From the NCBI RefSeq assembly GCF_046290535.1, contig NZ_JBKAGU010000044.1, forward strand, positions 91,055-155,054: a DNA stretch of 64,000 bases, written 5' to 3'. The stretch comes from Bremerella sp. (lineage in GTDB: Bacteria > Planctomycetota > Planctomycetia > Pirellulales > Pirellulaceae). Shown one piece after another: positions 50,257-62,487 of the stretch (positions are counted from its first letter, which is position 1; every line of letters starts with the position of its first letter). Both the position numbers and the translations under genes were made by a program. The notes below the pieces were generated by a model. It was not told the origin of the DNA, did no database searches, and saw nothing but the letters and a program-made list of their open reading frames with translations.

Positions 50257-51537
50257 TTATAAATCATCCATACCCGTGAAATTGGTCACCAGGGCTCGCA
50301 GTTTTCGCTTGAGTACGGAATAGCTGAAAAAGCGTTTGCCAAGCTCAAAGTTGTGCTCGACCACTTCCTGGCGATAGGCTTCGTCTTCCATCAGGTTACG
50401 AACCTGCGTGACGACGTCCTTGGTGAGATACCCGTCCATCGTCACGACCTTGAAGCCCTTGGGCTCGATATCGGTGACGAAGATCGAGTAGCGATTCACC
50501 AGAACTGGCTTCTTGAAGTAAAACGCTTCGATCAATGCATTGCCAAACCCTTCGTACAGGCTTGGGTAACTGATAAAGTCGGCGGCTGCATAGCAATCAC
50601 CGAGGGTGTAAATCTTGCGGCCTTCGCGATCGATGCGGCGTTCTTCCCCCACGCGATCGGCCACAAAACGCAGGTCGACGTTTTGTCGTTCGGCCATCTC
50701 TTGCAGGGCATGCATATATTCATCCCCTTCGTCGCCAGACTCGTGCGTAATCACCAATTTGTACTTGGGATTGTTGAGCGAATTGACCAGCGAGATCGCA
50801 TGTTCGATCCCCTTACGCGGCACCACGCGGGTTGGCTGCAAAATGACGATGTCGTCATCCGAAAGGCCGATGTCCTGCTTGAAGCTCAATGGGTAGTCGT
50901 CGTTGATCGGTGGGTCCTCGAAATCGAGAACGTTTGGCACCAGGATCGACGATTGCCCTTTGCGGTGCGAAAGGTCTGCCTGACCGGGCAGGTTGATCGT
51001 CACGTGTTGAATCGATGGCAGCGTCGGCGGGAACGCCATGCTGAGGATATCGTTGATCCCATTCACCGAGAACCGATCGCGTTCCCAATAAAAATCGTGA
51101 TGGTGCGCGATGGTGGGGAAACCCGTCTCGGCAATGAACATGGTGATCGCCACGCCCAGAGGAACATTCATCGGGATGCAGAGCGCATTTTGCACGATCA
51201 TCACCTCAATGTTGAAGCGACGAGTGAATTCGTACAGCGTGTGTTTCAGATACTCGGCCAGGGCGAATATCCGCCGCGTAACTTCCGGGTCACGAGTCGT
51301 CGTGCCGAAGATACGCCGGTTAATCCATTGTATGTCTGGATGACCAAAATAGGCATGGGGAACCAGGCTGGTAATGTCGGGATCGGTATCCATCTTCCCG
51401 CCATACCAATAGCTGACGTGCTTATAGTCCCACAGAACTTTCGCCCATTTGGCGGCCTCTAGCGAGACACCATCGGTGCCGGCGAAACGTGTTCCTACGA
51501 AACCAATGTTGTGTCCTTTGGTATCAGATACGTTCAT
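50257..51537 (-). CDS. GT4 glycosyltransferase, mannosylglucosylglycerate synthase (MggS)-like
   Basis: [53 protein letters not shown]. Confidence 0.75.
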   Translation of the reverse strand: MNVSDTKGHNIGFVGTRFAGTDGVSLEAAKWAKVLWDYKHVSYWYGGKMDTDPDITSLVPHAYFGHPDIQWINRRIFGTTTRDPEVTRRIFALAEYLKHTLYEFTRRFNIEVMIVQNALCIPMNVPLGVAITMFIAETGFPTIAHHHDFYWERDRFSVNGINDILSMAFPPTLPSIQHVTINLPGQADLSHRKGQSSILVPNVLDFEDPPINDDYPLSFKQDIGLSDDDIVILQPTRVVPRKGIEHAISLVNSLNNPKYKLVITHESGDEGDEYMHALQEMAERQNVDLRFVADRVGEERRIDREGRKIYTLGDCYAAADFISYPSLYEGFGNALIEAFYFKKPVLVNRYSIFVTDIEPKGFKVVTMDGYLTKDVVTQVRNLMEDEAYRQEVVEHNFELGKRFFSYSVLKRKLRALVTNFTGMDDL

Positions 51538-51543
51538 GCTGGA

Positions 51544-52425
51544 TTATCTCGGAAGGCAAGCCAAAATGTCGGAAAGTCTAGTGAGCGTCACGTCAGGGTG
51601 TATTGGCAACATTCGAGCATCGTCCTTCCGTAGTCTGAGACTACGACGATCCCCCGCGAAGAGAGCAGTTTTCATGCCAATTTGCGATGCCGGTTGGATA
51701 TCGTTCAGCATGTCGTTGCCAACATATAAAATATGCCGCGCCTCGATTTCCTGGTCGGCTAAACTTTTCGCAGCGGCCTCATAAAGCTCGGTTCCAGGCT
51801 TGGCGGTGCGATGCTCGTACGAGAAAAAACAGTTCTCCGGGCAGAAACCATTTTCTTCAAGTGTCGAATCAAGGAACGTTTCGACGATTTTCGGCGTGAA
51901 GTACTGGGCATTACTGATGATCCCCAGCGTGTACTGTTGCTCTTTCAGTGTGCCGAGCACCTCCCTCAAGTCGGGCATCGGCCACACCGGATTGACTCTC
52001 GTCTCGAACTCCAACGCGAACAATTTCATATCGAAATCGCACGGAAGTTCGATCTGCCCGCGACGCATCGGACCGTCAAAAACTTTTTCCCAAATTTCTT
52101 CGATCACCACCTCGGGATAAGAAGTGCCTCTTTTAGTGGCAATTTTGTGATCATCCTGGATCACCTCGTAAAACTGGGCAATCATCTCGTCGGCAGGCAC
52201 CGCGCACTGCACGCCACTCGCTTCCCAGGCTGCTTCCAGGGCATCCCCCTTGGTCATCTCCATCGCGGTGCCAACATCACCACTACCGCTGACCAGTAGC
52301 GTGCCATAGATATCGAACAGCACCGCGCGGATCTCTGGCAGCGGTTTTAGCTCGGCTGGGTGGTCGGTCGGAATGGGTTCGAGTGGCTGACTGTTGCGTT
52401 TTAGGATTTCCGAAAAAGAGTTCAT
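51544..52425 (-). CDS. HAD-family phosphatase (possible MggB/GpgP function)
   Basis: VLFDIYGTL, ISNAQ, AKPG, YVGNDMLNDI; located in the glucosylglycerate cluster. Confidence 0.8.
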   Translation of the reverse strand: MNSFSEILKRNSQPLEPIPTDHPAELKPLPEIRAVLFDIYGTLLVSGSGDVGTAMEMTKGDALEAAWEASGVQCAVPADEMIAQFYEVIQDDHKIATKRGTSYPEVVIEEIWEKVFDGPMRRGQIELPCDFDMKLFALEFETRVNPVWPMPDLREVLGTLKEQQYTLGIISNAQYFTPKIVETFLDSTLEENGFCPENCFFSYEHRTAKPGTELYEAAAKSLADQEIEARHILYVGNDMLNDIQPASQIGMKTALFAGDRRSLRLRKDDARMLPIHPDVTLTRLSDILACLPR

Positions 52426-53993
52426 GCATCTTCCAGACGAACAGGATGAAAACGGGACAGTTCGACAAACTGCCGCAAGATTCGATTGGCTCCGTTAAAC
52501 GACGAGACCGGTCCCGGCTGCAGCTTGGCGAGTTGCTCGTAACGCTCGCGAAGACGCTCGCCCGTCCCTTTCAAGCCGAACCTGGTCAGCACGATCTGCG
52601 AGTTGATTTGAATCGTCGAATCGAAGTTGGCGTCGTCTTGCGTTAGGGGCCGCATCACTTGGGCGTTCTCTTCGACGATCGCATGCGCCAGGTCTTGGTT
52701 GCCAGCCACCGAGCGAACGACCTCGCGCTGCGCCTCGACCGTCAGCAATGCGAAGTCGATCCAATCGTCACTGAGACGTTCGTCGAGTTGTTTCTCCAGG
52801 TCTTCCGCTTCCATCTCGTCTTGCCCGAAGTCGCGCTGCACCTGGGTAAATAGCTCGGTCATTCGCTGGCGATACGCCTCTTCTGAGAAAACTTCGCGAC
52901 CGGTAATCGGGCACCGCTTGGGAACGTACATACATGCCGAGAGGCTATCGAGCTTCAGGCCTGCCTCTTTAAAGTCGGCCGAGATCTCTGGCAGGTCGCG
53001 TCCCATCAGCAGTTTGCCGGCCAGCCACGCTTCGAGAAACACGAGCCCGAACCCTTCGGCCACGCTCGTATTGATGATCGCATCCGCCGCGGCCAGGTTC
53101 TCGTGAAACGAAAGACCGCCGTCGCCCCCCACATCAAACTTGCAAGGAAGCCCGAGCTCTTCGGCGAGCGATTGCCATGCCTGGTAGGGCTTGAGTTCGA
53201 CCGGGTTCACCGGAGCCAGCGTGATCGCGAACGTCGCCGGCTTGAGCGCGAGCGCCGACCAGAGCACCAGTTCCCCCACGTTCTTCCGGCGAATGCCACG
53301 CACGGGATACAGAATGTACGGATCGTGCGATCCTATCCCCAGTTTCTCTTGCAGCGTATGCCGGGCATCGGCTCGATGCGGCAGCACGGGAAAGGGCTGC
53401 ACCGGGTTGGGAAGCCAGGCCAGTTTCTCGCTATTAAATCCGGCCTTTTCCAGAATGCCTCGATCGCGCGAGTTGAGCACTGCGTAATGCACATGCGGGG
53501 CTTGAAAGTAAACCTCGGCCATGCCGGTCCCACGTTCGCCGTAGTACTCGACCTGGCGGCGGTAATTGTCTGGCCGAAAGTCTTCGGCAAAGTCGTGCAG
53601 TTGAAGCAGCATGCGGTAGCCTGCTCCGGCCAGCCTGGCCAGCGCGTTGGGCCACGCGACATTCTTGCCAAGCGTGTGATTGTGCACATGCAGCAAGGTA
53701 TTTTCCGCGGAAAGTCCCAGCTTTTCGAGCATTTCCGAGGTGGCTCGGTAGGGGGCTTCTTCGCCGACGGCGGTGATGGTGTCGTAATCGATGCTGGGGA
53801 TCGCAACCAGTTCGACCCCTTCCAGGGCAGGCTCAACTTCTTCCGGCCAGCCGGTCGCTCGGCCGCCATACAGGATCACAATCCGATCGAAGCTCTCCTT
53901 GGCCCCAGCTTCGTGCAGTGCTCGCAGATGATTAAGAATCACCTGGGTCACGCCGCCGCGATTCAGGTGATGGTGCACGATTACCAGGTTCAT
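52422..53993 (-). CDS. GT-B glycosyltransferase (possible MggA-type)
   Basis: HHHLNRGGVTQVI, HNHTLGKN, QLHDFAED.R, YPVRGIRRKNVGE, TSVAEGFGLVFLE; ATG 53993; 4-nt overlap with the HAD gene. Confidence 0.8.
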   Translation of the reverse strand: MNLVIVHHHLNRGGVTQVILNHLRALHEAGAKESFDRIVILYGGRATGWPEEVEPALEGVELVAIPSIDYDTITAVGEEAPYRATSEMLEKLGLSAENTLLHVHNHTLGKNVAWPNALARLAGAGYRMLLQLHDFAEDFRPDNYRRQVEYYGERGTGMAEVYFQAPHVHYAVLNSRDRGILEKAGFNSEKLAWLPNPVQPFPVLPHRADARHTLQEKLGIGSHDPYILYPVRGIRRKNVGELVLWSALALKPATFAITLAPVNPVELKPYQAWQSLAEELGLPCKFDVGGDGGLSFHENLAAADAIINTSVAEGFGLVFLEAWLAGKLLMGRDLPEISADFKEAGLKLDSLSACMYVPKRCPITGREVFSEEAYRQRMTELFTQVQRDFGQDEMEAEDLEKQLDERLSDDWIDFALLTVEAQREVVRSVAGNQDLAHAIVEENAQVMRPLTQDDANFDSTIQINSQIVLTRFGLKGTGERLRERYEQLAKLQPGPVSSFNGANRILRQFVELSRFHPVRLEDA

Positions 53994-54132
53994 CGAGATC
54001 CTTTCCAGTTCCTGCCTACCTACAAAACGCAACAGCGCATTCTCCCCCGCCCCGTCGACTGTTAAGCTAGACGTGGAAGCAAGGAGAATCAAGTCGACCC
54101 CCCTGCCCTCCCTATTCAGGAATCCGATCTTC

Positions 54133-54705
54133 ATGAGCGACGACGTCGAAAGTTTGCTGGCATCTCTTTCCGAAGGCAAGCGAGACGCGGCCGACAAGCT
54201 GCTGCCGATCCTCTATCAGGAACTGAAGGGGATTGCCAACCAGCACATGCGCAACGAGCGGGCCGATCACACGCTCCAGGCGACGGCCCTGGTCCATGAA
54301 GCATTCCTGAAACTGGTCGATCAAAACCGCGTTGAATGGAAGGGTAAGGCCCACTTCTGTGCGGTTGCCTCGAACATCATGCGGCGGATTCTCGTCGATC
54401 ATGCCCGCACCAAGAACGCGGCCAAACGCGGCAAAGGCGCCCAGCGGATCACGCTGGAAGAAGGACTCGTCGCCGGCGATCCCCAAAACAACGTCGACCT
54501 GGTCGAGCTCGACGAACTACTGACCGAACTGGCCGACCTCAATCCACGACATGCCAAGATCATCGAGATGCGCTACTTCGCTGGCATGACGGTCGAAGAA
54601 ACGGCCGCCGCCCTCGATGTGTCCGTATCGACCGTCAAAGGAGATTGGCGCATGGCCAAAGCCTGGCTTATCGCCCGGCTAGAAGACAACTCATCCGCTT
54701 CCTAG
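54133..54705 (+). CDS. ECF sigma factor (TIGR02999-like, kinase-associated type)
   Basis: LLPILYQELK, HTLQATALVHEAFLKL, HFCAVASNIMRRILVDHAR...KRG, IEMRYFAGMTVEETA..L.VS..TVK.DWRMAKAWL. Confidence 0.92.
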   Translation: MSDDVESLLASLSEGKRDAADKLLPILYQELKGIANQHMRNERADHTLQATALVHEAFLKLVDQNRVEWKGKAHFCAVASNIMRRILVDHARTKNAAKRGKGAQRITLEEGLVAGDPQNNVDLVELDELLTELADLNPRHAKIIEMRYFAGMTVEETAAALDVSVSTVKGDWRMAKAWLIARLEDNSSAS

Positions 54706-54716
54706 CTTGGATAGGA

Positions 54717-54975
54717 TAGCCACAGAGGACACAGAGCTCACTGAGAGAAGAGAAGGAACGAAAGAATAACTACGGATCACACGGAAGTCACGGATGAAAA
54801 TGAGATCTGGGTGCCACGCCCAAGTCCGCTTGGGCGTGCGAATCGGACTTCAATCGTCGATTGTCAAACGAGCGAGAAGTGATATGCCTCAGTTACGATT
54901 GTCATCCGTGCTCATCCATGTCACCCGTCATTACGAACATGCTTCCCTCGATGAGCTCTGTGTCCTCTGTGGCTA
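54717..54975. repeat. Nested inverted-repeat element between sigma and kinase genes
   Basis: Perfect 24-bp IR (54717-54740/54952-54975), inner 9-bp IR (54789-54797/54902-54910) and central REP-like hairpin (54809-54840). Confidence 0.85.
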
Positions 54976-55000
54976 AACTTTTCCCCGATACACGCAAGAC

Positions 55001-56659
55001 ATGACACCTGACGACTACCAGCGACTTTGCGAAGCCTTCGAGCAGGCCGTTCAGCTGCCGCTCGAAGAGCGCGAGACGTGGTTGGGCACGCACCTGTCCG
55101 ATCGAGCCGACCTGCTGGATGAAGTCCGTCGGATGCTGGCCAACGACGAGAACTCGGCGCTCGATAACTCGCCCCTGCACGATCACCTGGCCAACGACGG
55201 CCTTACCACACCCACGCTCGATCTCGATCCTGAGAAAACGGTTTCTTCGTCCCGCAAAGCCGATAAGGTCGAGTCGGTCCCAGGCTATGAGCTGATCGAC
55301 GAACTGGGCCGCGGCGGCATGGGGGTTGTCTTCAAAGCGCGTCAACTTTCACCCGAGCGCGTCGTCGCGGTGAAGATGATTCTTTCTGGCCAGTTCGCTT
55401 CCGCCCAGGAAATCCAACGTTTCCGAGCCGAAGCCGAAGCCGCCGCCAATTTGTCGCACGCAGGCATCGTGCCGATCTACGAAGTAGGGCACCATCAAGG
55501 GCGACGCTTCTTCTCGATGGGGTACGTCGAAGGGCGCAGCCTGGCCGACGTGATTCGCGAAGGGGGGCTCGAGCCAGAGCGGATTGCCGAGATGGTTCTC
55601 GAGATCGCTCAGGCCATGGCCCATGCTCACTCGGTGGGGATCGTACATCGCGACTTGAAGCCATCAAACATCCTGATCGACGCCGATGGGCACCCGCGCG
55701 TGACCGACTTCGGCCTGGCCAAGCGGATGGATGGCAACTCCGACATGACCTACTCCGGGCAAATCCTCGGTTCGCCCGGCTACATGGCCCCCGAGCAGGC
55801 CGCCGGTAAGAATCATCAGATCGATCACGCCACCGACATTTACGGCCTGGGGGCGATCTTATATGCCCTGCTGACCGGCAAGCCACCCTTTGCCGCCAAC
55901 AACATTCTGGAAGCGATCGACCAGATCTGCACGGTGAACCCAGTCTCGCCACGGAAGCTCAACTGGAACGTCCCGCGGGCACTGGAAACGATCTGCTTGA
56001 AGTGCATGCACAAAACGCCAGCGGCGCGGTATCGCAGCATGAAAGAACTCGCCGCTGATCTGCAATCGTACCTGCGGCACGAACCGATCCGGGCCAAGCC
56101 GCTGGGCATTGGCGAACGCATCGTCTACTGGGCGCGGCGAAAGCCCGGCCTGGCCAGTACGCTGGCGTGTGTGCTGTTGTTCTTTATCTACCACGCGATC
56201 AGCTCGTACGTCTTGCAAGAAGAAGTCTCGGCCCAGCCGTCGTTCCGCGTCGCGTCGGTCTTGTTCGCGATTGCCTTTTCGGCGGCGGCCTGGTTCTTCC
56301 AGGGAATGTACGAAAAGCCCAGTACCCGCAAGGTTGCCATCTATGGGTGGATGACCTGGAACTTCGTCCTGCTGACCGGCCTGCTGTTTCTGGTGCATGG
56401 CGCGGCAAGTCCCCTCTCGCTGATCTACCTGCTGCTGGTCGCCGCCAGTGCCACGTTGTACGAGAAAGGGCTGGTCGGGTACACGATGACCCTAGCCGCG
56501 GCCGGTTACATGACACACGTCCTGGTTGGGGCAACGATTCGCCCGGTCGGTGCCGTCGACTTCTTCGACGCCACGTGCATGATGCTCTCGATCGTGATCC
56601 TAGGCATGATCCAGTACTTCGTCGTCCGCCGCATTCGACGGACGATGGAAGAAGAGTAA
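55001..56659 (+). CDS. Hanks-type Ser/Thr protein kinase with multi-TM C-terminus
   Basis: LGRGGMGVV, VAVK, HRDLKPSN, TDFGLAK, GSPGYMAPEQ, DIYGLG; about 6 C-terminal hydrophobic helices. Confidence 0.95.
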   Translation: MTPDDYQRLCEAFEQAVQLPLEERETWLGTHLSDRADLLDEVRRMLANDENSALDNSPLHDHLANDGLTTPTLDLDPEKTVSSSRKADKVESVPGYELIDELGRGGMGVVFKARQLSPERVVAVKMILSGQFASAQEIQRFRAEAEAAANLSHAGIVPIYEVGHHQGRRFFSMGYVEGRSLADVIREGGLEPERIAEMVLEIAQAMAHAHSVGIVHRDLKPSNILIDADGHPRVTDFGLAKRMDGNSDMTYSGQILGSPGYMAPEQAAGKNHQIDHATDIYGLGAILYALLTGKPPFAANNILEAIDQICTVNPVSPRKLNWNVPRALETICLKCMHKTPAARYRSMKELAADLQSYLRHEPIRAKPLGIGERIVYWARRKPGLASTLACVLLFFIYHAISSYVLQEEVSAQPSFRVASVLFAIAFSAAAWFFQGMYEKPSTRKVAIYGWMTWNFVLLTGLLFLVHGAASPLSLIYLLLVAASATLYEKGLVGYTMTLAAAGYMTHVLVGATIRPVGAVDFFDATCMMLSIVILGMIQYFVVRRIRRTMEEE

Positions 56660-56774
56660 AAAAATTTTCAAAGCGCACTATCTCACTGTAGCGCTTCGCC
56701 CATAAATTGCTCGTACAGCCCTCGGAAAAACCTCTTTCCTGGGCATCTAAATCCCTATTTCAGCGAGCATTACG

Positions 56775-57368
56775 ATGTCAGCATCAAACCAAACCCCTGC
56801 AAAAAACGGAGCGCTCTCAAGCGAAAGCAAACCGCAGGTGGTGGTGCGCGCTGGCAAGACGTATGTGTGCTCGTCGTGCGGAACGTTGGTGGAGATCCCG
56901 GCCGATGTCGTCGGGCAGTTGGTCCTCGCGGTCGAGCCTGATTCGCCGGAGAAGCCTGGGAAAGATCCCCCGGCCCCAGCGGCGACTGCGAGCGATCGTG
57001 CCGTATCTTTCCCTCCCCTGAATCGCATGATGCCGCGGCCAAAACGCCCGAAACAGCCCAAGCGGGATGTCTTCGTCGGCGAGCTGATCGACGGCTTGCG
57101 TGTGCCGTCTGCCGATCAGCTGGACCGCGCGCTGAAGTGGGTATCGTTTCACCTGCGGGTGCTCGATCGGCAGGGGAGCGAAATCAAGCGGCTCACCAAG
57201 CTGCTGGACGATCGAAAGGTGCCATGCCTGCGTCCGCGTGGGCATGCGCAGGACGCTACAAAGCAACCGCGGCCAGAGCCCTCGCGTCAGCCAGAAGCAA
57301 GACATGCCCACGAAGACGTGAGCATGGCACCCAATGTAAACAACAAAAACCAACGCGGCCCGCCGTAG
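56775..57368 (+). CDS. Hypothetical protein with N-terminal CxxC motif; C-terminus overlaps REP-like repeats
   Basis: YVCSSCGTLVEIP, Pro-rich linker, amphipathic helix LDRALKWVSFHLRVLDRQGSEIKRL. Confidence 0.6.
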   Translation: MSASNQTPAKNGALSSESKPQVVVRAGKTYVCSSCGTLVEIPADVVGQLVLAVEPDSPEKPGKDPPAPAATASDRAVSFPPLNRMMPRPKRPKQPKRDVFVGELIDGLRVPSADQLDRALKWVSFHLRVLDRQGSEIKRLTKLLDDRKVPCLRPRGHAQDATKQPRPEPSRQPEARHAHEDVSMAPNVNNKNQRGPP

Positions 57369-57586
57369 AAAATCTGGTCCCCTCTCCCTCGCAGGGAGAG
57401 GGCTAGGGTGAGGGTTTCTCTTTCGCCTATCACCCATCATCACCAGATAAGGTTCCACGACGATGGGAACCCCGGTCACACGTGCGCTGCCAACAAGCGG
57501 CAGGCCCCCTCACCCTAACCCTTTCCCCGCAGGGGCGAGGGGACAAGAGTTGCCGGGTGCCACGCCCAAGTCTGCTTGGGCGTGCG
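57218..57586. repeat. Cluster of REP-like palindromes of two families
   Basis: GGTGCCA-hairpin copies at 57218-57248(+), 57302-57332(-) and 57555-57586(+); inverted pair of CCCTCACCCT-type palindromes at 57377-57415 and 57506-57544. Confidence 0.8.
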
Positions 57587-57632
57587 GTCGACGCTTGCGC
57601 GTGCGCGGAAGTTGGTTCAAAGTCGCAGCCAA

Positions 57633-59402
57633 CTAGCTGCCACCCACCACGGTGTACTGCGCGGTTGAGTCGGATGGCTTGGTGACGACAACGCGGAAGG
57701 TTTCGCCTTCGAACGTTCGCCGGTCCAGGCGGAAGGTGAGCTTATGACGGCCCGGCAGAACGCTGGCCTCAATCGGCTGGCTGCCAGGGAACTCGTCGTC
57801 GATGATCCAGGCGGTGACGCCTTGCTTGGGATTCATCTCGACACCGATGTCACCCCCGTCGACGACTTCGATCTCGGCTTGCAGAAACAAGACGGGACTT
57901 TCGATCTCGCTCAGGTCCGCCAGGGGCAAGTCCCCGTTGACCTTGCCGTAGACCGGCAGCCAGGCATCGGCGTCGAGGCCAAGGATTTGCGATTCGAACT
58001 CGCCGGTCGAAGGATTCGCTTCCCCTTGCAATGCTTCGGGAACTTCCTTCAGCACACGCCACCGCTGAACGGTCGGTTCGCTGCGAATGCCATACGGCCC
58101 CGGCTTACCCAACTCGGCGATGTAGGCCACCAGGTCGAGGAATTCGTCTTCGGTCAGGAAGTTGGCCAGGCCTTTGGGCATGAGCGAGCCCCCTTCCTTT
58201 TCCAGATCGATGTCGTCGGCCGGAATGATGATTTCGTTGCCGTTGGCATCTTTCAGGATCGTACGGTCCTCGTTCTCGTCGGCGACGATGCCTTGGTGCA
58301 TCTTGCCGTCGAAGTCGACGATCGACTTCATGATGTACGCTTCCTTGACGGCCATCTCGGGGAAGAGAATCGAGTTGATCACGTAGTCGACCGGGCTGGT
58401 CGCGCCGACCGGGCTCAGGTCCGGACCGATCTGCCCGCCGGCACCACTGATGGCATGACACTTCAGACAGCTGAGTTCCTTGCGGCGGAAGATCTCTTCC
58501 CCGCGAGCCGGGTCGCCCTCTTTCAAAACCTGGGCAACCAGCGTCTGCAGCTGCTGTTCGGTGAGTGGATCGGGATTGTTGTCAATGCCAGCGGCAGCGC
58601 TCAAGACGCTGACCAGGGAAGCATCGGAGCGGCCGACCGAGTACATCTGACGCAAGCACATCTTGGCCACGTCACCGTCGAGCTCTTTGCCCTGAAGCGC
58701 GGCGGCCAGGGCATCGGGGCCCTTGGTGTCGGCCAGGAAGGCATCGATCATGTCGGCCGGATCGGTCGATGTATCGGCCCCGGTCAGAACCTCGGCGGCG
58801 GCCGCTGCGGCCTTGGGCAGGTCGATATTGGCCAGGGCCGAAACGCCCAGGTAGCGGATCGAAAGAGGCTGATCGTCACTGGTCAGCTTGGCAACGGTGT
58901 CGGCGGTTTGGTCGCTGCCGGTTGCGATCAACGCGTCAATCGCCAGGCGGCGCAGTTTGAGAGGTGCGTCGTTGTCGAGAGCGATCTTGGCGAGCGTTGC
59001 GGCAGTGGCTTCCACTTTCCAGAGGCCTGCCAGTTGGATGCCCAGCGTTTTGAGGCCTGGGTCGTCGCTGGCAACCAGGTCGCCGATCGCCGAGAGATCG
59101 CCAGCAGGAATCAAGTTCCGGCTTTCACTGGCCTTCTTGAGCGCTTGAAGCGATTCGAGCTTCAGCGCGGGACTGAAGCCATCAGGCTTGGTTGCTTCCT
59201 GAAAGAGGATGCCCAGGTTCTCGGCATTGCCACGTTCGGCAATCATGCCGATCACCGTACCGACGCGGGACTCAGGCAGCTTGCCACTTTGCAAGAGGCG
59301 AACCATGGCGTCGGTCGCACCCTGGGCACGTGCGGTTTGCGGAGCCGCGAGCAGTACGCTCGTCAGCAACAAACAACAAAGGACGAAAGATCGATTGAGC
59401 AT
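57633..59402 (-). CDS. Exported HEAT-repeat protein with heme c domain (TIGR02603-like)
   Basis: Signal peptide; HEAT-like helices; GDPARGEEIF...CLKCH...GGQIGPDLS, SLMPKGL...FLDLVAYI. Confidence 0.88.
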   Translation of the reverse strand: MLNRSFVLCCLLLTSVLLAAPQTARAQGATDAMVRLLQSGKLPESRVGTVIGMIAERGNAENLGILFQEATKPDGFSPALKLESLQALKKASESRNLIPAGDLSAIGDLVASDDPGLKTLGIQLAGLWKVEATAATLAKIALDNDAPLKLRRLAIDALIATGSDQTADTVAKLTSDDQPLSIRYLGVSALANIDLPKAAAAAAEVLTGADTSTDPADMIDAFLADTKGPDALAAALQGKELDGDVAKMCLRQMYSVGRSDASLVSVLSAAAGIDNNPDPLTEQQLQTLVAQVLKEGDPARGEEIFRRKELSCLKCHAISGAGGQIGPDLSPVGATSPVDYVINSILFPEMAVKEAYIMKSIVDFDGKMHQGIVADENEDRTILKDANGNEIIIPADDIDLEKEGGSLMPKGLANFLTEDEFLDLVAYIAELGKPGPYGIRSEPTVQRWRVLKEVPEALQGEANPSTGEFESQILGLDADAWLPVYGKVNGDLPLADLSEIESPVLFLQAEIEVVDGGDIGVEMNPKQGVTAWIIDDEFPGSQPIEASVLPGRHKLTFRLDRRTFEGETFRVVVTKPSDSTAQYTVVGGS

Positions 59403-59440
59403 CGTTAGTCTGTTCCGAAAGTTAGGCAGGAGGTCTGTCT

Positions 59441-59477
59441 AAAAAAAGAGTCATCCCCCAAGTCGAGGATGACTCTT
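59441..59477 (-). terminator. Intrinsic terminator between the dehydrogenase gene and the heme-protein gene
   Basis: AAGAGTCATCC(59446-59456)/GGATGACTCTT(59467-59477) perfect 11-bp stem, with T7 on the minus strand. Confidence 0.8.
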
Positions 59478-59512
59478 CCTTAGTCATCATTCATTCATTG
59501 TAATTCAAAAAA

Positions 59513-62110
<2,598 letters not shown>

Positions 62111-62487
62111 GGTGTTCCTGTGTTCGAAAAGGGTTCGAGGCAATGGAGTGTGGGAAATGGGAAGCGTGCCGGTTCCCGAAGAACAAACGGAAACAAGCAC
62201 AGGCCAGCGAAGCGAGGTAGGTTGCTTGAGATTTCCCTAAGGTCTGTACCGACCCAACAGGCGTATCTCGAATCCCAAGATTATAAGCGTGAGCGTCCCC
62301 ACGTTAAAAGCTTCGACGGTGATTTCCCCTTAGGGTCATTCCGACATATTGGGGCGAATCAGACAAGAGGGTGAGAATGTTGAACATTAACACGGAGATG
62401 CCACGAGCTAGGGGAATGCCTATGAAGCATGATCCACACGCTCGATTTTAAGAAGGAATAGAAGTTTTCCCCTGGTGGTCAGGTTCG

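Noticed and set aside
48647-50323. 558-aa plus-strand ORF (similarly 441-1502, 22465-23541, 40132-41373, 50353-51462, 57744-59408)
   Set aside because: Each mirrors a confidently identified gene on the opposite strand and has no family motifs.
54717-57586. Repeats considered as a CRISPR array or IS ends
   Set aside because: No regularly spaced repeat-spacer units, no cas genes and no transposase in the window.
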